Positions 41,601 to 52,461 of a stretch of 64,000 nucleotides of DNA are shown here, piece by piece. The notes beneath the pieces are model-generated. The model had not been told where the DNA came from. It saw only the letters and a program-made list of their open reading frames with translations, and did no database searches. Numbering within the stretch: the first letter of the stretch is position 1; each line of letters opens with the position of its first letter. Made by a program: the position numbers and the translations under genes. Source of the stretch: Lingula anatina (Eukaryota; Animalia; Brachiopoda); assembly GCA_051362555.1 (NCBI GenBank), contig CM120640.1:70658788-70722787 (forward strand). The letters run 5' to 3'.

Positions 41601-44196
41601 CATATTGACAGTAATAAAATCAGTATCTTTTCAATCTGTAGGGTGTGCATATAGAGGAACAACAGTAGTAGATATTGTGATATTATAATTGAAAATTGGC
41701 CAGAGTTAGACTACACTTTATTGTTAGTACTGAAATTCTACAACTACATTGTGTCTATTATCAATTTTAACTATATACAAGAATAGATTTAATAACTGTG
41801 TGATGTTTGTTTTCTTCTTTTTCCTCAGAGTGAGGATAATTTGTTGAACAAGTTAAAGTCACTGACCTCCACCGAGACCAAAAGTTTGTTGCACAAATAC
41901 TTTGAGAAGGTCATCGACCTCAGAGAGTCAGAGAGGAAGAAAGAACTTCAAATTAGTGAAATGGAGGTAAGTCTGGAAAATTAGGAATAAATCAAAGAGA
42001 CCTTGTAGCAATTAAAGCTTAATGTTTAACACTACTGGGCATATGTGAGGAATTGTTTAAGATGAGATTAAGGCATATTGGGTATTTCAGCACAATGTTA
42101 TATAATTATTATTTATTTTTCTTGTAATTATCATTATTGTGTATTTTTACATGATAATTTTGAAAGCAGGTTCAGTTGTGCATGCATGTGTACTATAAGT
42201 GGGTTCACAGCATCTGAGCTGATTATAATTGATTTATATATGGGATCACCACCTCTGCCCATATTAAAATTGTGTTATTTTCCGTCCTCAGATGAAGACA
42301 GATGAACAGGAGCGTCTGCTGAAGGAGTTAGAGTTCGCCCTACAGCGGTCAGCCATGGAGATGGACATCAAACTGACCCAACAACAGCAGGACTATGAGC
42401 AGAAGATTCAGCTGCTGATGAAGCAGTTAGCTGAGAGAACAGGGCCAGACACACAGGAAGCTAGGTACTTATCCATGGGCTTTTATGTTGCTCAAGATCA
42501 CAGAGAGTTGTTTCATGGATGACGAGATGAAAAAAAAGGGGGTCAGAATTTTTGGGATTTATTCCATTTTGTTTGAAAAGGAAAAATAAGAAAAAGGATG
42601 TATTTTGTATACAATTTTAATAAACACTGAAAACTTAGAAGAAGGTATCGAACAGATGTGGAACTTTCATTATGTTAACAATTTCTGTTCCAATGCCTGA
42701 TCAGATGGCTGTTGACCCAGTTAACAAACTGGATCATTTGAAGATTTATTTATATTTTGTAAATTGATAACTTTAAGGATTCAGCAGCTGGAGAAGGACT
42801 TGTTTTACTACAAGAAGACCAGCAGAGATCTGAAGAAGAAGTTACGGGAGGTGTTGGCAGGCCACCTGGAGGCTGAGGGCGGAGGTAATGAGACAATTAT
42901 TATAATTTATGCCATTTTACTAGTATTTTTATGTCCACTAGAGGGCAGCACACTCAGAGATAAGGTATTTTTATGTTTACTAGAGGGCAGCACTGTCTGC
43001 TAGATTAAGGTAATATGCTTCTTGAAATGTAATAAAGAAAACATTGCAGGCGTTGTGGTAAAGCATGTTTTGGTAATGTTCCAGGAGGTGGTGACACTGC
43101 AGACAGTGTATCAAATTCCTTACATACAGCCAGAGAAAACGGCTCCGAGAGCCACAGGTCCAGTAAACCTGGCACTCCTCACACGCCTCACGGAATTCCT
43201 GCCTCTGCTAGAGGGCAGCACACGCACAGGTCAGTTATTGCTATGTCCACTAGAGGGCAGAACAATCACAGATAAGCTATTTTTATGTCCACTAGAGGAC
43301 ATTTTTACATGTTAGTTATTGCTATTAGAGGGCAGCACACACAGGTTAGTTATTTCTATGTCCACTAGAGGGCAGCACACACGTTTGTTATTTCTTTCTG
43401 CTAGAGGGCAGTACATATGTTGTTATTTCTTTTTCATATATAAAACAATGGTAACAAAACATGAATAAATGTTTTATGTTTTAATATGCATCCTGACTTA
43501 ACAATCTCCTGTAATAATGTAGGGAGTCTACCCCAAGATCTTCCAGACAGCCTACTCCATCGCGACCATCCACAGGCACCTCCCACAATGAAGTGTCCAG
43601 TTCCAGGATGTCCCAGCTGAAGGGTGTGGAGGGGTCACGTCAGGGGACTCCAGTGAAGATCTCCAGGAGGGACCTTAGGCCCATGTCAGAGGCGGAGGTG
43701 GAGATGAGGAGGTCCAATGCCACCCAGGCTTCTGTGCAGGGTGAGTGCTTACCACCTCAGGATTCTGATCATTTGAATGATCATGGGTTAGTAAAATATC
43801 TGAATGCTTACTACCTCAGGATTCTGAGCATCTGAATGATCAAAAGATAGAAAAAAATATCAGAGCAAGAAATCCAAAGTAAGCAGTCTTTAGTGGTTGG
43901 TTCATTAGGCCTCTGAACATCTGGAAGTAAGAGACCCTGGAGGGTGGGTGGGTGGGTGGGTGGGGGGGGGGGGGGGGGGGGGGGGGGTGGAGATCATTAG
44001 AGATATCTGTCAACAACAATTCTGATTTGGGCAATTATTATTTGGTGACCAAATATTTTAGAAATGAATCAATTATCTTGTTGAGAGCATGTGTTTAGGT
44101 AATTATTGTTCAATGACAGTTTTTTTGTATTTTTTTGACACTTTTATTCAATAATTTTCAGATTCCTTGGACACAGGAAAGAATCCATGGTCTTAG
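26620..44196 (+). CDS. KIF27: Kinesin-4 family protein of the KIF27/KIF7 (Costal2-related) group, ~35 coding exons
   Basis: [13 protein letters not shown]|VRPLLPKE (26620-26658, 26901-27038); P-loop FAYGQT|GAGKT; switch [13 protein letters not shown]; switch [14 protein letters not shown]; [14 protein letters not shown]|DSLGGNAQT; long coiled coil with [53 protein letters not shown]; last exon 44162-44196 [14 protein letters not shown]27 vs KIF7 orthology needs a tree. Confidence 0.92.
27768..27849. repeat. Intronic tandem repeat, 27 bp x3
   Basis: A.TGAAT..AAATTAGTT.ACA.AGA. Confidence 0.85.
28591..28707 (+). repeat. Donor-spanning tandem duplication, 55 bp x2
   Basis: TCCAGCAGGTCACACTCCATCTT.ACTGTACTCATTG|GTAAGTGAACTGACCACA twice, closing with TCCAGCA. 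Confidence 0.95.
30972..33173. mobile_element. Non-autonomous Kolobok-like DNA transposon (~2.2 kb) in a KIF27 intron
   Basis: TTAA at 30968-71 and 33174-77; termini GGTAGTCCTCTCATATT / AATATGAGAGAGCGTCC; subterminal direct repeat AAAATCGCTAGGGCAGAA (~32925, ~33126); CpG-rich ends unlike the host intron. Confidence 0.75.
33270..33432 (+). repeat. Acceptor-spanning duplication (~90-100 bp x2), upstream copy lacking the AG
   Basis: CATGATATTATTTATATAC-CATATCCCTAACAAGCCCGTGGTGAACAGAGATC vs CATGATATTATTTTATATAC-CGCAG|GCCAAA-CATATCCGTAACAAGCCCGTTGTGAACAGAGATC. Confidence 0.9.
34140..34348 (+). repeat. Donor-spanning tandem repeat, 71 bp x3
   Basis: CAGTTTAAGTTGAGGGACTGGCTGGATCTCATGGAAGAG|GTA.GTA...ACTCACACTATATAAAATATAG at 34140, 34211, 34282; degenerate echo near 34465. 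Confidence 0.95.
35520..35665. repeat. Intronic tandem duplication, ~79 bp x2
   Basis: TTTTGTGGCTTTT.CAGAATTT...AAGTAGAAC.ATACAAAT.TGACTGCCAAATTTAA twice. Confidence 0.85.
37085..37895 (-). mobile_element. 3' remnant of an RTE-like LINE containing a 61-bp x ~12 minisatellite (37140-37882)
   Basis: Unit ACTCTCTTCTCTATAGCTAGAAGACCCCATTTTATCCCAATTCTCATGGTTTCTTCCTTCC; collapsed to one unit, the - strand reads [20 protein letters not shown]...[14 protein letters not shown] (with a frameshift), like the RTE ORF2 C-terminus. Confidence 0.7.
39349..40054 (+). repeat. Donor-spanning tandem repeat, 88 bp x8
   Basis: AGAGAAAACTGAGGAGTGGGGG.CCAGC..TGGCCTTGGA|GTAAGACATTTAGATAGGGACA...TATTATATGT at 39349, 39437, 39525, 39613, 39701, 39789, 39877, 39965. 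Confidence 0.97.
40556..40623 (+). repeat. Donor-spanning duplication, 32 bp x2
   Basis: AAGCTCAGATCTAGTCAGGTGCTAACCAAG|GT AAGCTTAGATCTAGTCAGGTGCTTAACAAAGT AAGC. Confidence 0.9.
40963..41165 (+). repeat. Donor-spanning tandem repeat, 64 bp x3
   Basis: ...AAACTGTA.GATGGTGCTGTGATTTCTCCACAGGAAGAAAGGAG|GTGAGT three times, bounded by CAGTGCTGGAT / CAGTGTTGGAT. Confidence 0.95.
42935..43413 (+). promoter_or_regulatory. Cluster of ~8 co-oriented CTCF-like motifs in a degenerate ~40-bp repeat
   Basis: CCACTAGAGGGCAGCA or variants at 42935, 42977, 43205, 43247, 43289 (degenerate), 43322, 43362, 43398; matches the CTCF core CCASYAGRKGGCRS. Confidence 0.6.
43742..43842 (+). repeat. Duplication starting within the donor dinucleotide, 59-bp period x2
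   Basis: TGAGTGCTTACCACCTCAGGATTCTGATCATTTGAATGATCA / TGAATGCTTACTACCTCAGGATTCTGAGCATCTGAATGATCA. Confidence 0.85.
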
Positions 44197-46938
44197 CAGT
44201 GAGTGAGGTCCAGGAACACGGTTTCTCCTTCCTGTTATGACAACCAATCAGTTCAAATGTCATCAGCAATACACTAATAGTTTACTACAATGTTGTACAA
44301 GCTGTCTGTGTCATGAAGCATTTATGAAGAATTTTTTACTCTCTGCCAGTGTCTTCCCAGTTTTAAGTTATGTGTTTGTGGGTGGAGGTGCGTGTGTTTT
44401 GTAACAGGGTGGGGGGGGGGTGCACGCAGACAATCAGACTTAAGCTAATAAGATAAACTGGGTAACATTTTTACCGTCCATGTTTTTTATCACCAGAACA
44501 TTGGCCATTGTAGGCTTGAAAATATTTTGTAATTGCTTTTTGTTTTTAATGCCTTTAAAAACATTAATGTTGTACAAGATGTGTTGAAACATTTGTAGTT
44601 AAGTTCTTAGTGTTGTTAATTCCCAGTACCACGTCATGCCTTGGTATTTTTCCAAGTTATGAAATCAGCCAATACTGAATAAGAAAAAAAACATTGGTGA
44701 GCATTAAAGTTTATAACATTTGCAATACCTTTGTAAATCAACAGCACAAGTCAGGTGTATAATATACATCTGTTTTAATTCACTAGTAAGTCTTTCCTGT
44801 TGTATGTGACTGTGTCAAGTTGTTTGGTGATAGCAAGTATTTATTGTGGAGTTTATCTACGTAATTAACTTCGCCATCTACCATAAAGTTTGCCAGGAGT
44901 CAATATGTAATCCTGGTGTAAATGTTTGTATGTACAATAGTAGTCCTGGGTGTTGTAGTTGAGACACTGAGGTGTATAGTGTGGGTGATAATGAGATTGG
45001 TTGTGTTAATTACCAATTAATATAACTGTTAGGGAACATTCCAACATGAAAATCTTTCTCTTTTATCTGAAAAGATGTTAATATGGTCTATGTATATAAA
45101 GCCTGATAGTATATTTTGAGATAATTGACTCTTGTTTCATGTCATTTATGTTTGTTTTGATATTAATGATATTGCATAATTGTCCTCAAAAAATGTAAAA
45201 AGCTAGCATTGCTCACTAAAATAGCAAATTTCACACTGCACTAAAATGAAGTATTTGAAAATGTGCTTCTTTTAATTCGATTCGTGGATGAGGTTTCTTG
45301 GTATCTAAATTAAGAAAAAAACTGTCTTCAAACATATTTTTCAGTTTATTTTTGAATTACTTCAAGTGGTATGCTACTCATTACCATGTTTTGTTATTGT
45401 CAACTTGTGCAGGATCCTGTTTTTTTTATGTGTGATTAATGAAGTTGAAATGTTTTAGTCATTGCATATTTAGATCATAAAAACCCTAATTCATCACCAT
45501 GCAAACTCTTGATTTTGACAAAAAGAATTGCCCCCTGTGCCTTGAATTGAGTGACTGCTTTCTGTAAATTGGTTGTTTTTTATCAAATGGCCTTCATACT
45601 GAGTGTATAAAAGAGATTTTCAGGATATGAGTTTTGAGTGGTTAAGCACGTTCCCAGTATGTTGAATAAGCTATTTACTAATGAGACCTGCCATACAATA
45701 GGAAATAACTGAGCCAGGATTACGCAGCACTGAAAACATGCTTTGGCCACTAAGCAGTGGGGAGTAATAAAGCTCCAGACAAAAGAATGTTATAAATGGG
45801 GAAAGTTGGCTTATTTACAACAGGAACACTTTAAAGATATTTGAATGAAATATGTTTGCTGAGCTCTGTTCAAGAAGGGCTAATGCATATTTTGATTGAA
45901 CACTTTGTTTATATCTCCTCCATGCTTAAGTAGCACAAAGTATGGAAGTTGAACTGTGGGACTTGGTAAAATGTCTCCAATTGTACACAGTGATACGCTT
46001 CCATGGATACATACTGTCATTATTTTTCTATCTTATGGCTGAAACCCCTTTTTGTTACAAAGACTTTGCTGCTGATATTGGTGTTCAAACATTTCTAAGG
46101 AAAGAAATTATCAGTGTAAGTAAAACAGTTTAGGACCGACTTTGCTGTGTGTTTTAAGTTTGACACATTTTCGTGACTTCTTTCCTATTTGTTGCTTAGA
46201 ACATTCTGTAAATACTTGTCCATTCATGTCACATTTATTTATTGTCATTTGAGGACTTGTCCATTCATGTGAAATAAAATGATTTTATAGTGAACATCAA
46301 AGTATCAGAGTTGAGTTACTGACTCTGCAAATATCAAAGGTGAATCTGAAGTTGATAGCTGTTTGCACTTGTCTTTAGGTGGAGTATTTGTTATAGCAAC
46401 TGCCAGTCGATTGATTTGTAAGACTGAACTTGTTCTGAATATGAAGGATGCATTTTCCAGGGACTGTATCCATAACCTGATTGATATGATGTTAAAGTGA
46501 AAACTATTCACAAAATCCATTCCCTAGAAAAGTAATTTTTTGAATAATTAGGTGGATATTATTTACAATATTCTTTTAAAATTTTATTTATTTATTTTTA
46601 TATTGAAGAGAAGAAAAGTGAACATCAATAATAAACCCAATGTTTGGCATACGGGATGTATCTCTCTGCACCACAGTACACGCTGATCTTGCCGAAATTT
46701 ACTCCAAATTACCCACTGGTATGCCCTATATCAACGTAACATAAAAATGCAATTATGTTTGAAGAGCTGAAGTTTGAAATATTTTGATAAGGATAAAATA
46801 TGAATGCGCCAATTTTTCTCTGGGTCACTTTGATAAATTCTGTTGCATGTTGCAACTTTCTTATATAATATCAACATAAGAAATTTCACTGTTTCAGTCA
46901 GCGATATCTGGAGAGGCAGTTTTTTAAGACAGTGACAA

Positions 46939-47880
46939 TTAATCATCCAGGTCAGCTGCACTGATAAACATGGCATTTCTTGGTCGTCTGACCACCTCCT
47001 CCTCCTCTTCCTCCTCGCTCTCCTCACTGCTCTCCTCAGCAGGTTCTGGCTCTGGTTCGTTTAGAGGTATTAATGCATTCTTCAGTCCCAGGAACCGTGG
47101 GTCGTTCATTACCTGCGACTGGTCCATTAATACTGGGAATGCTATTGTTGCACGTCTAGTTCTCAGTTTTGAAGAAAACCCTCTTGGATATCCTGTGAAT
47201 TGCCTTTGAGTTGGTGAAAATATTGTGTGTCTTCTTGCTTGCATTGTGTCTTCTAGAGAGGGCAGGGTGGTTTCCTGGTCTTTATCGTGAACATCATCCG
47301 GAACTGACAAAGACCGTTGTAAATCGCCGGCACTTTTACAATGTCTTAATGTAGATGATCCAGGCCGGCTGTCAGCCACAGGTGCATCCCCTTCATCTAC
47401 TGTTATTCTAGGCATTTTTAACTCTTCTTTTGAATCAACTTTTGCCTCAGATTTTTTTAGACTGCAGCTATTCAGATCTGTCAGAGATCTGTGAGTAATC
47501 ATAGTTGCTTCAGTTTGACCTTGACCTGTCTCTAACCTTGACCCTGGTAAATCCCAGTGAACCTGTGGACTTGACCTTGACCTTGAGTGTAGCCTTCTGG
47601 CATTTGAAGAACTTTGGCAACGAGTCTGGTGAGGGTCGATATTTGGTAAAATCGAGATATGTGTCAGACCAATCTTTTCCAGTTGTTTTTGCTTCTTAGT
47701 TTGTTTGTGAATGAAAGTTCTTCGGCTCAGTTCAAGAATCTTTTCAATTCTCTTCTGTTCTACTGATAGAGTGGAGATTTGTTTCTCCAGGACTTGCTGC
47801 ATCGCCACATTGTCCTTGAGCAGCACTTTGGTCAAGCTGGACTTGGGCTGAGATGACCGCTGGTCCATCACTTTGTTCAT
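46939..47880 (-). CDS. Uncharacterised 313-aa protein, single coding exon (N-terminal helix/coiled coil, Ser/Arg-rich disordered middle, acidic tail)
   Basis: Long open frame in AT-rich DNA; acceptor TTTACAG 27 nt before the ATG, with an in-frame stop between; candidate upstream non-coding exon ending AAG|GTAGGC at ~48575. Confidence 0.75.
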   Translation of the reverse strand: MNKVMDQRSSQPKSSLTKVLLKDNVAMQQVLEKQISTLSVEQKRIEKILELSRRTFIHKQTKKQKQLEKIGLTHISILPNIDPHQTRCQSSSNARRLHSRSRSSPQVHWDLPGSRLETGQGQTEATMITHRSLTDLNSCSLKKSEAKVDSKEELKMPRITVDEGDAPVADSRPGSSTLRHCKSAGDLQRSLSVPDDVHDKDQETTLPSLEDTMQARRHTIFSPTQRQFTGYPRGFSSKLRTRRATIAFPVLMDQSQVMNDPRFLGLKNALIPLNEPEPEPAEESSEESEEEEEEEVVRRPRNAMFISAADLDD

Positions 47881-50800
47881 AGTTCTCAGACCTCGGTCCT
47901 ACTGGCTCTGTAAATAAGGTGACATTTTATGTTATCTTAACATTTCACCTGACTATAATGAGTATTGCAGACAAGTGTTCAAGTGTATAACATTGAATTG
48001 ATTACAGTTAACCTAATCAATACCCATGTGTTGAAAAGTCAAACTAATGAATGTACGCCATTTATGAAATTACTGTTGATGCCAATAAGTTTCTTCAAGT
48101 GTAAAAGATTTGGAACAAGTCTGATTATTTGTTTGGTGAGTTTGAAAGTCCTTAAAAAAGTTGTTAAAAAATAACATCACCCATTCTAGCCATCACCAAT
48201 TGTGATACTGAAAACAAGTTGAACTAACAGTACTTGTAATACCTCTGAGCTCTGTCAACTTGTCACTGCAATTCATTAGTAACAGATAAATGTTTTATTC
48301 TGTGTTGGAACACTTCTAAAGCTTAACTATTTAAATTTTCAAGCAAATGTCTGGCATTGTTTAACATTGTTTTAATAAAGTGAAGCAATAAATAGAAAAC
48401 CCTTATATACGTACATAGACAAAAAAAAAAAAGAGAAGAAAAAAATATGATCAATGAATCATTAAGTTAGGGAGGCCTGATAAAAAAGTTACTTTAAAAG
48501 TTTTTTAAAAAAGTATTTTTTCTGTAAAGCCACATGTTACACATTTATTAAAACAAGCTAAATTTGCAGCCTACCTTTCTTTGCTCAAATTCCATCGCAT
48601 GTCGTCCACTACTGTGTGTTGATAAAAAGCTTCATCTCCGCCTAAATGCCTGCCAGACACTAATACTGTTGCTAGTGATGTTAGTGATTGATTGCAAATG
48701 GAGGTGGCTTCAAATCCTATCAATTATGTATGCTCCTGACGGTTCTCCAATAAAACAAACTTCAGAATGTGCCGTACAGGTGCCTGATCAAACGATGAAA
48801 CCTTGTTAGAAATCCAATCAATTAAGGCCCAGCTAAGAGGGGCCATGTCAAAATATCAATATTTGAGGTAGCTCTCACTTGGGGTGCCCTGAAAGTGTGT
48901 AGTGAACTTTCTTTACCAGGTTGATCTAAATGTATGATGATATGTGTCTAAATGTCAGATATCATTCATTTATTAAAAATAATTGATTAATATTACTGAT
49001 TATTTGATGTGGTCCCTAAACTCGATGTTTGACGGTGCTAGGCGATGCACCAGGATTTGGGGGATGAACGGGAGACGAACTAAAGATAAATCTGAGATAA
49101 ATTTATATCCCAATGTCAACCGTAACGTGACATGCATATATACATATACATGACCAAATAGATTACTATTATTTACAAATGACTTTTATCCTATTTGGTT
49201 TATCATCAAACTTCAGTTAAATGGTCTTAGGCTTACATAACTTCACTCAAATGTCCCTAAAACTGAAACTGTGGCACAGATAAATTTAGGACAAAAGCAT
49301 CCTAGGGGTTAGACTTGGGTGGGAGGGGGAGGTACAGGCACTAGTTTTGGGTAAGCACTTGCAGTGATTAGGTGATCCTTTTGCTTATCCATGTTCCTGA
49401 TCTTTTTTTTCCTTTTTGTTTGTCAGGGAGGGTAAAAAGACTGAGAATTTGTCATCAGTTTTTTTCTTCATGCATCCTTTTTAAACCAATATGATTTATA
49501 TAAAAGATGAGACAAAGCTGCAAATTCGAATATGATTAAGATGAAAATGATCTCCCCATGAAACATGAAATCCCTGTGTCTGCCCCCTCCTCCCCCCGTC
49601 TGCTTTCTAACCCCTTTTTAACCTTTTATCTAAACACAGATACAGATAAGTCAAGCCATAAATATTACAAAATTGATAAAAGGATTTTATAAGGATCAAA
49701 TTGAAAATCCCCTGCATGCAAATTAACAAAATGCTTTCCTTCTTGGTACAGTGCATTTACACTAAGCTGGATTATGACCTTGAACTTTTAGAACTTTTTT
49801 ACTTTTTATTTTTCAAAAATTATAAAGCTCAACAACAACAACAAAATACTTCATTAAATACCATTACCTGTTAGACTTCAAATCCTCTTCATCTTAAGTG
49901 ATAACACAGCTACCAAAGGATTAAAAAAGCCAAACCTTTGACTAAATATACTTGTTCTACAGATGGAAGAAATATTATACTGTTTGCATTTAGAATTGAT
50001 TCTTCACAAAGGACGAGGCATAAAAAAGATATCATTTTTCTTAATAAACTAAAGGCAGTCAATGATCAAGCAGTGCAGATGTGGAGAAGGGTATAGAAAC
50101 TTTCTCTGTAAAATCCATGTACGCTTTTAACATTAGCTCTTGTCAATAATCAATATTTGTCAATGACAGACTAGCTACTTGGGCAACTTAGGAAGCTCTA
50201 GAAATAGAACATAAGACCCTGGGCCTATATTGTCCTCTAATAGTGCCCCTGGGGAGTGAAACTACTTTTACACATCATTAGAAATATGGATCATGTTACA
50301 TATATGTCAAGATGTGAGATTACATAACCTTTCATCTGTATCCAAGACTGAGCAAGTATTCGGCAACACAGGGGCAAGGGAACCATAAAACAGACTTAAC
50401 TTATTTAGAAAAAGATCAAATACACATGCTATACTTCTGTCCTATAAATGATGTAAAATTTCAGGAGGTACTGACATCATTTGAATATTTTTCTTTAATC
50501 ATGACAACTGGTTCAGCATGCAGTATAGTAGTACTGACTAGTACCCCCCCCCCCCCCCCCCCAAAAAAAAAATGTGCACCAATACAAAATACAAGACATT
50601 AAGTGATTGAACTTCTGGCCCATTCCATTAATATCACGCAAGTAAGAATAGAAAAGGAAAATTAAATGGCATCCATTAAAAGTCCAAGAGGAAAGTAAGC
50701 CCGTGAGTCTTTGACTGTGTGCTGTGACTGGCTGCTCAATTTTCTCTGCCTTTCATCTGACGTGAAACTCAACCTACTCATCACAGGAAATTATTTACGT

Positions 50801-51039
50801 TGCAACTGCCATCAACATGAAACCATGAGAATCCATTACAAACACAATGATTTCAAGAAAATATGTATTCTTTGGAAAAAAAACTACAATAAAAATAAAA
50901 GAAAAACATGAAGCATATTATACTTCAAAGAGCAGACATTACAATTACTTCACAACATCACACCTGACTCCTTTGAGTTTTCTATTAGTTAAGTACAGCT
51001 GTGAATTCATGACAACAGACAGTCCCTGCGCTTGCAAGC

Positions 51040-51105
51040 ACCTCTCTCCCTCTCTCTCTCTCTCTCTCTCTTACACACACAAACATAGCCACATAATCAC
51101 ACATG

Positions 51106-51154
<49 letters not shown>

Positions 51155-51170
51155 TCATACACACATGCAC
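51040..51170. repeat. (CT)n/(CA)n microsatellite block
   Basis: Direct reading. Confidence 0.85.
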
Positions 51171-52231
51171 TTGCTCTTACAAACATCCACATCAATTTTT
51201 AGATTCACTTATCAAAATATTCTAAGCATACACTGGTTTATTTGATATGTGTGCACGGAAACAGCTGACCACAAACTGTTTTTTAAATTTTTTGTCTACT
51301 GCTACTTGTATCACAATGTTTAAAACAATCCCTGCTTTGGAATATACCTCATACATTATACAATACATATTTTAATGCTATTAATGAAATGACAAAGAAA
51401 AAATCTGATCTTTTCTTCATTTTTTCAATGGGCAAAATTATAAATATTCCAATAAATAATTTGGGAATCTTCCAAAATATGATTGATATACTTTGTATAG
51501 CATTTGAGGTGCTTAAACTGAATAGAACTATAATGTAGCCTGCTTTTCTATTATGTTGCTACCACTCAATAGGAATGTCCTATATTTAAGAATCTATGAC
51601 TTTAAAAGAATATACAATTTCACAATTTCCCGCATTGAAATGATGCTGTCATTGCCATATACCTGATAATCTTAACATTTCACATGGACGGAATTCTATG
51701 CAGATATATGCTGCAATTCTATCCCAAGAACTTGAAAGTCTTTCATTGAAAAAAAAAAAAAAAAAAAAAAGCATTTTCCTTTTTCTCTAAATAAATAGTC
51801 ACATTAACGCTACAAGATGTAGGTTGCTGCATGTACTCAAGAAGTTCTGGCAACTTTTTCTTTTACACAAGTTAAAACATGAACCATGCATGAATGGTTG
51901 CCTTTAGCTGGATGCAAATATTGGACTGAACTCAGACAGCTAAAAAAATAAATAAATAAATATATTTAAATAAAGAAATAAATAAATAAACACCTATATG
52001 AAATGGTATTTAAAATATTAAGATTACTAAAAGCATGACGTTTGGGTGATGACAATTCAAGGTCGCTAATGATGAATGAGAAATGAATGGTTGACCTTCC
52101 TTTTATATCCCAATGTCCTCCAGGTACAAACAGTGTATATAATTATTTCAATCTGTGTGGCTATCTTCCTTTTGTTTCCAAACTGTCAACATGACAAGGG
52201 CATTATGTCATCACATCTGATCTTGCTATCT

Positions 52232-52387
52232 CAGGGACGGATCCAGAGCTATTTTCAGACAGTCTTCCAAATTATCTTTGTTGATCCATCCTCCATTTTT
52301 GACCATCTTCCGACAGAAAAAATAGATATCCGTCAGTGTAAACTTTATATTCTTACCATCTTCCAGAAGACCCTCAATCTGCCCCTG
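52232..52387 (-). mobile_element. hAT-like MITE with 5-bp TSD, copy 1 (in the probable BBS2 3'UTR)
   Basis: TATCT-CAGGGACGGATCCAG...AATCTGCCCCTG-TATCT; reverse-complement homologue of 55151-55319. Confidence 0.85.
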
Positions 52388-52461
52388 TATCTTGGAGAGT
52401 TTATAAAAGCACACATATCTGTCTGTGTCCATGTGGTAAAAGTGTCACAATGTCAAGGACA

